This document shows, piece after piece, positions 47,338 to 56,884 of a stretch of 64,000 nt of DNA. The notes below the pieces were generated by a model. That model did not search any database. It had not been told where the DNA came from and saw only the letters and a program-made list of their open reading frames with translations. Source of the DNA: Candidatus Pacearchaeota archaeon (GTDB lineage: Archaea; Nanobdellota; Nanobdellia; Pacearchaeales; GW2011-AR1). Within the stretch, counting starts at the first letter, position 1, and every line of letters begins with the position of its first letter. A program made the translations under genes and the position numbers. The stretch is from positions 8,077 through 72,076 of the forward strand of contig JAGVXA010000006.1 of NCBI GenBank assembly GCA_018304025.1. Reading direction: 5' to 3'.

Positions 47338-47634
47338 CTATTTAAACTTTTCTTCCGCCCTCACATTTCCGGAGCGAGATTTATGAAATAATCTTTCCTG
47401 CAATTTTTCTGCTTCTTCAAGACAGTGCATTTCCGTCGGCATATTCATCCTTATCCCGGCAAATTCTGTTTCAAGAATAAAATTACGACGATACTGTCGT
47501 CCGTCTTCTTTTATCCAACCCCTATCAGGCTCATCAGCACAATGCTTCACTATCGTGTTGTCATAAAAACAGCCTGTGCAAGTCAAACCAATTCCAAAAC
47601 CAACCGCCCGCATCGTCAAATAATTTCTTTTCAT
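47338..47634 (-). CDS. lipobox protein
   Basis: MKRNYLTMRAVGFGIGLTCTGC. Confidence 0.5.
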   Translation of the reverse strand: MKRNYLTMRAVGFGIGLTCTGCFYDNTIVKHCADEPDRGWIKEDGRQYRRNFILETEFAGIRMNMPTEMHCLEEAEKLQERLFHKSRSGNVRAEEKFK

Positions 47635-48104
47635 AATTTTCTCTTTTCGTTATCTTGACTCTCATCAGACACTTCAACCAAAAGACCTTTTTCAACCATA
47701 GAATGGAGCAGTTCTTCCATTTCTTCTTCAGGACAAAAAGAATTTCCTTTCGGGAGAATAACATCTTCAATACTAAGAGACGTTTTGCAGGCAACTCTTC
47801 CTTTTCCTGTTTCCAAACCGTTAAACTCTCCCAACCATAATCCAGAAGAACTATCAAATCGAAGTTCATATTTTATTAATTCTTCCCCCCGAGAGTCATA
47901 TTTTTTTGTAAATATCAGTGATGTTTCAGGACGCATATTTCCATCAATAATCGAGGATCCATAAAAATCAACTAACATTCCATTAATATTATCTTCAAAT
48001 GGAGAATTTCCAATACCTTTTCCAAAAAAGAAAAAACCTCCGAAAGAAACCCCGTATTTGTAAGAATCATTTAAGAACCCTGCAATTGAGTATAAATCTG
48101 CCAT
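47631..48104 (-). CDS. hypothetical protein
   Basis: ATG at 48104 (MADLYS...); 4-nt overlap with the downstream lipobox gene. Confidence 0.45.
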   Translation of the reverse strand: MADLYSIAGFLNDSYKYGVSFGGFFFFGKGIGNSPFEDNINGMLVDFYGSSIIDGNMRPETSLIFTKKYDSRGEELIKYELRFDSSSGLWLGEFNGLETGKGRVACKTSLSIEDVILPKGNSFCPEEEMEELLHSMVEKGLLVEVSDESQDNEKRKL

Positions 48105-48219
48105 AAACAAAAATAACAAAAAGAGGTTTAAAATAATTACTATACTCTGAGGAGATTATCAAACTCTTTATTTCTTTTTCTTCTCACTCTTCTGCTCTCT
48201 CGCCAACAACCAAACATTT

Positions 48220-49515
48220 TCAACCAATAAGAATCCATTTCCATACAGGAAGTATTGTTATCTTTTTGCCTTCAATTATTCTTTCTTCTTCCTGCTCCTC
48301 TGTCAAAATCATTCCTTCCCTTAATTTATGTTCTTTCATAGCTTCCATTAATCCATTAATCTCTCTCTTTTCATTGTCTTCGTCTAATTTTTTCGTTACT
48401 TGTACAGCCAAAACAGGTTTATTTTTTCTGACAATTAAAAAATCACATTCATAATTTTTTCTGAAATAATAAACTTGTTCGTTTCTTCTTCTTAGTTCAA
48501 TAAACGCAAGATTCTCTAATAATTTGCCCGAGTCTTCCGAAAACTTAAAACTAACAGAGTTTAATAAACCATTATCAATGCAATATAATTTTTTAATCGA
48601 ACCCAGCTGTTTTGCTAAAGAGTATTCATATTTCAAATTTTGGAAAAATAAATATGCATCTTCGAAATGCGAAAGATGTTCTATAACAGTATTCTTGCTT
48701 ATTTTGAATCCGATTGAATTTAATTTATTTGCAAGTTTGCTGTATGATATTTCTTTTGAAACCGATTCAAAAAGTAAATTCGCAAGAGTTCTAAGCTTGT
48801 TGACGTCTTCTATTTTATATCTTTCAACTATATCTTTGAGAATCATAGATTCATAATAACTTTGTAAAATATTTTCTTTTTGCAAATTTTGGGAAATTAC
48901 TGCCGGAAATCCACCATTAGACACAAACGAAGTAAAGAGCTTTTTTATTTGAGTTTTATCTTTGCTGTATGAAATTGTTTTTATATCGTATTTTATATTC
49001 TCCCAATTAAGTATCTCTCTAAAACTAAGAGGAAAAATCTCGTAATTTAAAACTCTCCCTCGTAATTTGGTGGATATTTCCTTGCTTAATAATTTAGAAC
49101 TTGAGCCAGTTATGACGAGTTGGATATTTTTTCTTGTATCATTAACTGTTCTTACCCACGAATCCCAATTTTTAACTGTTTGAATCTCGTCTAAAAACAA
49201 GTATATTTTTTGTTTCTTATTTATTTGAGACATCTCAAAATAAAATTCTATTAATTTATCTAAATCTTTTGAATCAGCTCCTAAAAGTTTGTTATCTTCA
49301 AAATTAATGTAAAAAACATTTTCTTTCGATATTCCTTTCTCAAATAGCTGATTAATCATCTGAAAACAAAAATAAGTTTTTCCCGCTCTTCTTGGACCGG
49401 TTATCGTTATAACAAAATCTGTATTTTCTGTTATCTTAGTTGACCTTTCCAGAACTTTTGGAATAACAACCTCCTTCCAAAAAATTATTATTTGCCTATA
49501 ATCCATGTTATTCAT
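48220..49515 (-). CDS. AAA-family ATPase with DUF4143-type C-terminal domain
   Basis: Walker A ITGPRRAGKTYF, Walker B YLFLDEIQ, C-terminal ECDFLI (restriction-endonuclease-like fold typical of this family). Confidence 0.8.
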   Translation of the reverse strand: MNNMDYRQIIIFWKEVVIPKVLERSTKITENTDFVITITGPRRAGKTYFCFQMINQLFEKGISKENVFYINFEDNKLLGADSKDLDKLIEFYFEMSQINKKQKIYLFLDEIQTVKNWDSWVRTVNDTRKNIQLVITGSSSKLLSKEISTKLRGRVLNYEIFPLSFREILNWENIKYDIKTISYSKDKTQIKKLFTSFVSNGGFPAVISQNLQKENILQSYYESMILKDIVERYKIEDVNKLRTLANLLFESVSKEISYSKLANKLNSIGFKISKNTVIEHLSHFEDAYLFFQNLKYEYSLAKQLGSIKKLYCIDNGLLNSVSFKFSEDSGKLLENLAFIELRRRNEQVYYFRKNYECDFLIVRKNKPVLAVQVTKKLDEDNEKREINGLMEAMKEHKLREGMILTEEQEEERIIEGKKITILPVWKWILIG

Positions 49516-49602
49516 TGAACAAATCTATTTAAATTTGTATTTTGGATAATACAAATTAGTATATAAATCTTTTCGTTATAAGAATAATTTCAAGAAAAAT
49601 AA

Positions 49603-52600
49603 TCATTTCTTCTTAGAGCTCTTCTCACTCTTAATTTCCCTCGCCAGCGGCCCAGTAACCTCAACCAAAAGTCCAGGCAAACCAGTTCCAACAGGAATCG
49701 CCTGATTCAAAAGAATATTTTCAATAACAGAATTCAATTCATCTTTAGCTCCTTGTATAGTCGCATTAACAAATTGTTTATCCGGCGTTTCGAATGTAGC
49801 TCGGGCTAAAACAGAAGCTTTCTGCGTGATAATTCCCATACGAGTAACTCCCTTAACCATTCCAGTCGAAGTCATCGCGTCAGCAACCAATTTCAAATGT
49901 CTCTCGTCGATATCCATTCCCTGCGTTTCAATAACTTTGTTAATCTCGTTGATAATTGTCTGCCGCGCAGCTTCAATTCCCAAAATCTTCGCAACGTCGT
50001 GAATATCGTTTGAGGTGATTCTGTTAGCGTCAACGCCCTTGACTTCTCTGATTCCTTTCAAATTAGAACCCGAAGCCAAAATAACATACTCAGGTCCTCT
50101 TTTGACAACAACAACCTGCCCCACGCCCTTTACTCCTGAAATCGAAGTCTCTTTCAATTTTTCTTTCAGCTTGTAAATTTCTCTAAACTCCAAGTCAGGA
50201 AGATTGATAGTTATCTTCAAGTCATTGCTCTTAATCTTAAATCCTTTTTCTTCCAGTCTCTCTGCAATTTTCGCAGCCCCCGCGTGCACGCTTTTCAGCG
50301 CTTTGCTGTCCAGCTCGATTTCGATTTTTTTATTGCCAAAATCAATTCCGATTTCAGAAAGAATCTCAATCAATTTAACCTCTTTAATCTTCTCGGCAAT
50401 TATTCTGGAATCTTTTTCGTTATTATTTTCTTTGTCAAGATAAATTTCCATCATCGGCGTTGAAGGTGATTTTCTGGCATCTAAAATTTCAATCAGTCTA
50501 GGCAATCCCAGTGTAATCTGCATCTGTGCAACACCAGCGTGGTGGAATACGTTCAGAACCATCTGCGTCGAAGCTTCCCCGAAAGATTGCGCAGTCACAA
50601 CGCCGGCAGCCTCTCCCGGACAAATCTTGTCATCCTTCAAATGCAGCTTGGAAACATCTTTCCCATCGTCGCCGTAAGCAAACTGGACAATATTTTCAGA
50701 CGCGTCTCGCAGTGTTCCGTCATATTCAACTTTCAAGTCCTGCAGCGCCGAAACCAATCGCCTGTACAAATAACCAGACTTAGGAGTTCGAAGAGCAGTA
50801 TCCATCATCGAGTCTCTTCCTGTAATTGCGCCGAAGAAAAATTCAGTCGGTTTCAGTCCCTGGAAAAACGAGCTCTTGATAAATCCTCTTGACTCAGGTT
50901 TCAAATCTCCTTTTTTGAAGAAAGACAAAGTTCTGTCTTTGTATCCAAAGTTAATTCTCTGGTTCCACAAAGACTGCTGTCCAACGCAGCAGCCCATCTG
51001 TGTAACATTAAGCATATTTCCCGCGCTCTCAGATTTAATCATCTTGATAATATTTCCGTCGGCAGGGAAATTTTCTTTGACAACTTCTCCAACCTCTGTT
51101 CTTACTCCGTTCAAAATTTGCAGTATCTTTGTTTCTCTTGTTTCGTCAGCAGTTTTTCCGGGCATAGCTTCAAGCGAGCCGGATTCAAACTCTTTGATAA
51201 CTTCGTCTGTTTTTTTCTCCGCCTTCTGGATTATCTCCCGCGAAATTTCTTTCAGTCTTTCGGGAACATCCAAATCCCTCAGCGACAAAGTGTATCCCTT
51301 TCTTGACAGATAAATCATTCCTAAATTAAATGCGTTGTTTATGCAGTCAACAGTCACAGCTCTTCCAAACTCTCTGTCAATAATTTTGACCATTTCCCCG
51401 TCTTCAGCGCCGAATGTCTTGCTCCCGATAATCAAGGAAGGAACTTTTATACTGGAGCCCTTCGGCAAAACCTGCGCGAAAATTTCTCCTCCGTCTATTT
51501 CTTTTTTCTTTATGGAATTAATAATATGGGATGAAAACAAAAGCTGGTTCGCGTCGCTGTTGCTGACTTTTTCTTTTCCAAGCAAATAGACTCCTGTAAC
51601 AGCGTCGGCAATTGTTCCAACAAGATTGATATTATTCTTTGAAGAAATAATGTTGTTGTCAATATTCAGCAAAACTTTTGCCTCGGACAGCGCCTCTTCA
51701 TTTTGCGGGCTGTGCAGGTTCATTTCGTCTCCGTCATAGTCGGCGTTGTAAGGCGCAGCTGCTGCAGGATGAAGTCTGAACGTTCTTCCCGGAAGAACTT
51801 TTACAAAATGAGCCATTAATCCCTGCTTGTGCAGTGTAGGGTGTCTGTTAAACAAAACAATGTCCCCATCTCTCAAGTGTCTTTCAATTTTATAGCCCGG
51901 CTCAATCTCCGCAACAATCTCGTCTTTCAAATCCTCGCTGATTCTTTTCTTTCTTCCGTCGCTTCTGATAACATAATTTGCGCCAGGATAATTCGAACCT
52001 CTCTTGACAAGCTCTTTCATAACTTCCAAATTTGTCGTCGTAACAGCTTCTGCTACGGTAATAATCTCGGCAATTTCCAAAGGCACGCCAAGTTCATTAA
52101 TTTTCAAGTAAGGATCAGGAGATACAACAGAACGCGCAGAATAATTAACTCTCTTTCCTGCAAGATTATGTCTTATTCTTCCTTCTTTTCCTTTAATTCT
52201 TTCAGTGATTGTTTTCAAGGGCTGCCCTGAACGATGCCTTGCCGGAGGAATTCTTGTAATATTATTGTCAAAGAAAGTTGTAACGTGGTATTGAAGCAAA
52301 TCCCACAAATCCTCGATGATAACTTCCGGCGCTCCGGCGTTTAAATTTTCCCACAATCTTTGGTTTGCTCTGATGATGTCGCTTAATTTATGAGTCAAGT
52401 CGTCTTCGCTTCTCTCTCCGCTTTCCAAAGTAATGGACGGGCGGACAGTTACAGAAGGAACCAATAACAAAGACATGACAGCCCATTCAGGGCGGGCGCT
52501 CACGCCGTTTATTCCGATTTTTTTCAATTCTTCCGTCGGAATATTGACTAATCTTTCTCTTACTTCAATCGGTCCAAGTCTTCTCTTCTCAATATAAAAA

Positions 52601-53049
52601 TTAGTCGGCTTCTCTAATTTGACTCTGCTTAATTTCTCTTTGCAATGCGGACAGACTTTCGCGTCGCGTGCTTTTTTCGATCTTTCAACAGGCAGGTATT
52701 TTGCCTGCTTTTCTTCGCTCAATGTCAGCTTCCCGCAATGCGGACAAAAACTTCTAAGGCAGAGTTCTATCAGGGGAATATATTTGATATGCAAAATCGG
52801 ACGGGCTAATTCTATCGAGCCAGGATGCCCCGGACATTCTTTAACTCTTTTTCCGCAGGTTCTGCATCTGACTCCAGGATCAATTGCCCCAAGTCTCAGG
52901 TCCATCAATCCGCCGTCGACAGGAAATCCGTCGATATCATACAATTCCGGCGTAACAACTTTTACAGAACTCAGTTTTTTAATCTGCTCAGGGCTAAGCA
53001 AAGTGAACTTCAGCGCCTTGATTTGTTTTCTGAATATTTTTCGCATCAT
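49603..53049 (-). CDS. rpoA: RNA polymerase subunit A, single fused A'+A'' polypeptide
   Basis: N-terminal zinc sites (CRTCGK...CPGH), catalytic NADYDGDEMN, then in the same ORF the A''-type GEAAGVVTAQSFGEASTQMVLNVFHHAGV and terminal NQAIPVGTGLPGL. Confidence 0.9.
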   Translation of the reverse strand: MMRKIFRKQIKALKFTLLSPEQIKKLSSVKVVTPELYDIDGFPVDGGLMDLRLGAIDPGVRCRTCGKRVKECPGHPGSIELARPILHIKYIPLIELCLRSFCPHCGKLTLSEEKQAKYLPVERSKKARDAKVCPHCKEKLSRVKLEKPTNFYIEKRRLGPIEVRERLVNIPTEELKKIGINGVSARPEWAVMSLLLVPSVTVRPSITLESGERSEDDLTHKLSDIIRANQRLWENLNAGAPEVIIEDLWDLLQYHVTTFFDNNITRIPPARHRSGQPLKTITERIKGKEGRIRHNLAGKRVNYSARSVVSPDPYLKINELGVPLEIAEIITVAEAVTTTNLEVMKELVKRGSNYPGANYVIRSDGRKKRISEDLKDEIVAEIEPGYKIERHLRDGDIVLFNRHPTLHKQGLMAHFVKVLPGRTFRLHPAAAAPYNADYDGDEMNLHSPQNEEALSEAKVLLNIDNNIISSKNNINLVGTIADAVTGVYLLGKEKVSNSDANQLLFSSHIINSIKKKEIDGGEIFAQVLPKGSSIKVPSLIIGSKTFGAEDGEMVKIIDREFGRAVTVDCINNAFNLGMIYLSRKGYTLSLRDLDVPERLKEISREIIQKAEKKTDEVIKEFESGSLEAMPGKTADETRETKILQILNGVRTEVGEVVKENFPADGNIIKMIKSESAGNMLNVTQMGCCVGQQSLWNQRINFGYKDRTLSFFKKGDLKPESRGFIKSSFFQGLKPTEFFFGAITGRDSMMDTALRTPKSGYLYRRLVSALQDLKVEYDGTLRDASENIVQFAYGDDGKDVSKLHLKDDKICPGEAAGVVTAQSFGEASTQMVLNVFHHAGVAQMQITLGLPRLIEILDARKSPSTPMMEIYLDKENNNEKDSRIIAEKIKEVKLIEILSEIGIDFGNKKIEIELDSKALKSVHAGAAKIAERLEEKGFKIKSNDLKITINLPDLEFREIYKLKEKLKETSISGVKGVGQVVVVKRGPEYVILASGSNLKGIREVKGVDANRITSNDIHDVAKILGIEAARQTIINEINKVIETQGMDIDERHLKLVADAMTSTGMVKGVTRMGIITQKASVLARATFETPDKQFVNATIQGAKDELNSVIENILLNQAIPVGTGLPGLLVEVTGPLAREIKSEKSSKKK

Positions 53050-53294
53050 CTTCGCGTAGCCCCCGCGGAATCAAATTTAAATCGTCTCAAATCACCAAGT
53101 ATTTCATTAACAGTTCCCATAAAGCATTCTCTATTTTCTACTTTTTTTATTAATTCAATTTGTCTCGAGTCGCTTCCTAAAACACTTACTTCTCCATTAT
53201 CTAAAAATCCAACAGCAATATATCTGTCTCCATATTTGGCTCTAAGTACTTTTTCGTTTCCTATTACATACTGTTTTATTTTATTGTCTTCCAT
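53046..53294 (-). CDS. unknown 82-aa protein inserted between rpoB and rpoA
   Basis: MEDNKIKQYVIGNEKVLRAKYGDRYIAVGFLDNGEVSVLGSD.... TAAAATG junction with rpoB and ATGA overlap with rpoA. Confidence 0.45.
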   Translation of the reverse strand: MEDNKIKQYVIGNEKVLRAKYGDRYIAVGFLDNGEVSVLGSDSRQIELIKKVENRECFMGTVNEILGDLRRFKFDSAGATRR

Positions 53295-53295
53295 T

Positions 53296-56200
53296 TTATT
53301 GTTCGTATTTGTTCTTTAAGTCAAACGAAGTATGAACTCCTAGTCCGAGTAATTCATCAATCAATAATTTGAAACCGTATGAAACTTCAATCGGTTCTGT
53401 TTCGTTGTGCCCGCATAAGGCGCAGGTTGTCTTGCCCCGTATGACGTCTTCATATCCCATGTTCCCGCACTCTTTGCAAACTTGTATAACTGTCTTGTCA
53501 GATTCATATCTTTCCTTAAGCAGTAAAGAAGCGCCGTGCCCCGCCAATGCCTGCTGCTCCATTTCTCCAAGTCTTAATCCTCCTCCCCTTGAACGTCCTT
53601 CAATCGGCTGTCTAGTCAGCAAAGCAACTTTTCCAGAAGCCCGCGCGTGAATCAAATTCTTAACCATTCTTTCCAGTTTTAGATAATACATATTCCCGAC
53701 GTAAATCTTCGCCTCCATTTTCTTTCCAGTTATTCCGTTGTACATGTCTTCTTTGCCGTCGTAGCTAAAGCCCATTTTTTTCAGTTGCTCTTCAAATTCT
53801 TCAACTTTTCCTCCGGTAAACGAAGTTCCGTCGGAAATTTTTCCGCTTAAAGCAGCTGTCTTGCTCGCAAGCAATTCTATTAAGTATCCAACAGTCATTC
53901 TTGACGGAATACCGTGCGGATTAAACATCAAGTCAGGCCTGACTCCTTTTGACGTGAAAGGAATATCGTTGTTGTCTGCAAGAAGTCCAATAACTCCTTT
54001 CTGTCCGTGCGGCGAAGAAAATTTGTCTCCTGCTTCCGGCAGTCTCAAGTCTCTTGTCCTGACATGCACAATCTTGTTTCCTTCGCTGTCAGCAGTTATA
54101 AAAACGCCGTCGACAATTGCTCTCTCGCCTTGTCTTACAATAGCGCTCGCTTCTTTTTTTGTCTGTATGCTCAAGTCTTTTGCTTCGGATAAAAATTTCG
54201 GAGGCGTAACTTTTCCGATAACAGCGTCGCCGGATTTCAAGTCAGCTTCCGGGAAGGCAATGCCGTCGTCTTCCAAATTTTTGTAAACTTCTTCTGTTCT
54301 GTATCCGGAAACATCTTTGTCAGGAACAGTAATCTCGTCAGTTAATCCGCCGGCATACTGCAGTTCAACAGTTGAATACGGCCTGAAGTAAGTGCTTCTT
54401 CCTAGTCCTCTGTCAACACTTGCTTTGTTCAAAACGATCGCGTCTTCTAAATTATATCCTTCAAATGGAATTATAGCGACGACAATATTTTGCCCGGAAG
54501 GATAAACGTCAAGCGTGTCATAAATAAAACTTCTAACTAGCGGCTTTTGCGGGTAATGCAGGATAGAAACATTCGTGTCAATTCTCATAAGATAATTTGC
54601 AGCGTAAATTCCCAAGCCCTGCGTCAGCGTTTTCGAACCTCTCAAAAGTCTAGGGCCCTGGTCATGGTCAGCAAATGAAACCAGCGAAGTAATTAATCCG
54701 AGAACATCAACAGGATGAACTTCTAAATGCGTGTGCTCGTTAGTCAATTCTTCTTCTTTCAACGCGACAAAAACGTTTTCTTCTTCAGCAGCGTCGATAT
54801 ACTCAATTATTCCCTGCGCAATCAAATCAGTCCACGTCATTTTTCCTTCTCCAAGCAAAACAAGATGCTCGTCCTTTAATCTGGATGCGCCGCCATCAAC
54901 AATAACCAGCGGCCGCAAAACTCTTCCAACTTCCGTCGACATTGTAATCTGCTCCAGCATTTCATCCCATCTAACACTCAAAACATTCGGCAGCTCTTTC
55001 TTCCTTCTTATTTCTCTGACTTTGCCGGCAAAATCATTAGGATTCTCGACAAACCCGATAAATCTTCCATTAAGAAAAACATTTTTTCCATTTTCTCTGT
55101 TCAATCCAAAACTTTCAAATTTTTTAATCGCCGCGTTTTCGTCAAACTCAACAGCCGTTGAAATCTTAGCCATCAGCGCAAGATTTTTTCTCAGGCCAAT
55201 CTCAGTTCCTTCTGGTGTTTCAGTCGGGCAGAATCTTCCATAGTGCGTCGGATGCAGAGTTCTCGCCGCAAAATTTTCCTGTTCTCCAGGCAGCATCGAA
55301 GAAACTCTCTGGAGCTGCGACAAAACTCTCAGGTAATTTGTCTTGTTCATGTTTTGCGTGACGCCTGCTCTTTCTCCAATCCACGAGCCAGTTGCAATCG
55401 CGCTTCCAATTCTGTGAGTAAATAAAGTAGACTTGGCAATCGTCTTCAATGAATAAAATTTCTTTCTCTTTGAAATTTTCTGCAGGGAATATTGAATGTC
55501 TCGAATAAGAATATTTATGTTAACTCTGAACAAGTCAGCCATTAAGTCTCCTGATAATTTAACTCGCTTGTTTGCGTAATGGTCTTTGTCAGTTCTTATT
55601 CCTTTGTCTTCCTTCGATCTCAGATAAATTCTGACTAATCTGCACAAAGTTAATGCTTTGTCATTTCGCATGTTTTTTCCTGTGCCAATGTGCGGCAATA
55701 AAAACGAGTCAATTCTCTGCTTGACTCTGTCCAGAATTTCTTTTTTCGTTCCCTGAATTCCAGATTTTTCCGCGATATACATCATCGCATCTTCGCTGTT
55801 TTGCAAGTTTGTATATTCATATAAATTAACAATCAAGCAGTCGCTTTCATGCCCGATATTTTTCGCGATGTCAGATTCTTTGCACATTCCAAGAGCTTTC
55901 AAAACAACGAGGACCGGAATGTTTCTCAGTCTGCTGAATGTTACTTCCAAGATTCCTTCGTTTGTTTCGCTTATTGTCGTCGGAATTCTATAGGAGCCCC
56001 TTTCAGAAAAAATTCTTAATATCAGTCCTTTCTGCTTTCCTTCTTCGATGAATGGCTGGTTCGGGGCGAGGTCTTCGGACATTACAATGATTCTTTCATT
56101 TCCGTTTATAATAAAATATCCGCCGGTGTCTTTGGAGTCCATATAATTTTCTCTCAGTTCTTCTTTGCTCATCCCGTACATATTGCACGCCGCGCTTTTG

Positions 56201-56544
56201 ACAATAATTGGAATTCTTCCTATCTCAACTTCTGTGCTGTCAGATTGCCCTTCGTATTTTACAGAAATCTCGACAAAAATCGGCGCAGCATAAGTCAGGC
56301 TTCTTAGTCTTGCAATTGCAGGCGTCATTTCGCTTATGCTTCCGTCTGCTTCAATAATATTCGGCTTGTCGACTCTAACTTTTCCAAGTTTGATTTCAAC
56401 TTCGTCTCCTTCCAAGTTTTCGTTAATCTCGTTGATAATCTGCTGAATTCTGTTCTTGATAAAATCATTGAACGAAAGGATATTAGATTCAACTAAAGAA
56501 TGCTGTTCTAGATATTTTTCAACTAAGATATTTTTTTTCTCCAT
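53296..56544 (-). CDS. rpoB: RNA polymerase subunit B (unsplit)
   Basis: Conserved blocks GGYFIINGNERI, PFxxHNQSPRNTYQ-like region, SPHGQKGVIG, GEMEQQALAGHGAS, C-terminal Zn ribbon CKECG...CALCG. ATG at 56544. Confidence 0.95.
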   Translation of the reverse strand: MEKKNILVEKYLEQHSLVESNILSFNDFIKNRIQQIINEINENLEGDEVEIKLGKVRVDKPNIIEADGSISEMTPAIARLRSLTYAAPIFVEISVKYEGQSDSTEVEIGRIPIIVKSAACNMYGMSKEELRENYMDSKDTGGYFIINGNERIIVMSEDLAPNQPFIEEGKQKGLILRIFSERGSYRIPTTISETNEGILEVTFSRLRNIPVLVVLKALGMCKESDIAKNIGHESDCLIVNLYEYTNLQNSEDAMMYIAEKSGIQGTKKEILDRVKQRIDSFLLPHIGTGKNMRNDKALTLCRLVRIYLRSKEDKGIRTDKDHYANKRVKLSGDLMADLFRVNINILIRDIQYSLQKISKRKKFYSLKTIAKSTLFTHRIGSAIATGSWIGERAGVTQNMNKTNYLRVLSQLQRVSSMLPGEQENFAARTLHPTHYGRFCPTETPEGTEIGLRKNLALMAKISTAVEFDENAAIKKFESFGLNRENGKNVFLNGRFIGFVENPNDFAGKVREIRRKKELPNVLSVRWDEMLEQITMSTEVGRVLRPLVIVDGGASRLKDEHLVLLGEGKMTWTDLIAQGIIEYIDAAEEENVFVALKEEELTNEHTHLEVHPVDVLGLITSLVSFADHDQGPRLLRGSKTLTQGLGIYAANYLMRIDTNVSILHYPQKPLVRSFIYDTLDVYPSGQNIVVAIIPFEGYNLEDAIVLNKASVDRGLGRSTYFRPYSTVELQYAGGLTDEITVPDKDVSGYRTEEVYKNLEDDGIAFPEADLKSGDAVIGKVTPPKFLSEAKDLSIQTKKEASAIVRQGERAIVDGVFITADSEGNKIVHVRTRDLRLPEAGDKFSSPHGQKGVIGLLADNNDIPFTSKGVRPDLMFNPHGIPSRMTVGYLIELLASKTAALSGKISDGTSFTGGKVEEFEEQLKKMGFSYDGKEDMYNGITGKKMEAKIYVGNMYYLKLERMVKNLIHARASGKVALLTRQPIEGRSRGGGLRLGEMEQQALAGHGASLLLKERYESDKTVIQVCKECGNMGYEDVIRGKTTCALCGHNETEPIEVSYGFKLLIDELLGLGVHTSFDLKNKYEQ

Positions 56545-56596
56545 TATGCGAAGCAATACCTTCTATTGCGAGTATTTTGGTAATCTTTGATTTCCA

Positions 56597-56803
56597 TTAG
56601 ACAACCACCCTGTAATATGTCTGAATTTTATCCTCTTCTTTTCTCTCCAGCTTGATAACTTCTCCAGGAACGCATCCTTCAGGCAAGCCAGGGTCATCTG
56701 ATTTTATCTTCGGTAATTGGGACAAAGAAATATTGTACTTTTCTATTAACTTTTTAATCTCTTCGTGCTTTAATTTTGTATGTTTTGGCTGTAAAACGTG
56801 CAT
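56597..56803 (-). CDS. rpoH: RNA polymerase subunit H
   Basis: LQPKHTKLKHEEIKKLIEKYNISLSQLPKI...DP...GEVIKLER...YYRVVV (Rpb5 C-terminal domain). Confidence 0.85.
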   Translation of the reverse strand: MHVLQPKHTKLKHEEIKKLIEKYNISLSQLPKIKSDDPGLPEGCVPGEVIKLERKEEDKIQTYYRVVV

Positions 56804-56884
56804 GGGCTTTCTATTTAACTATGAAAATTTAGTTACGGTTGCGGACAATAATTTCTTGTGAAATTCGGTTTTTAAACCTTTCTG

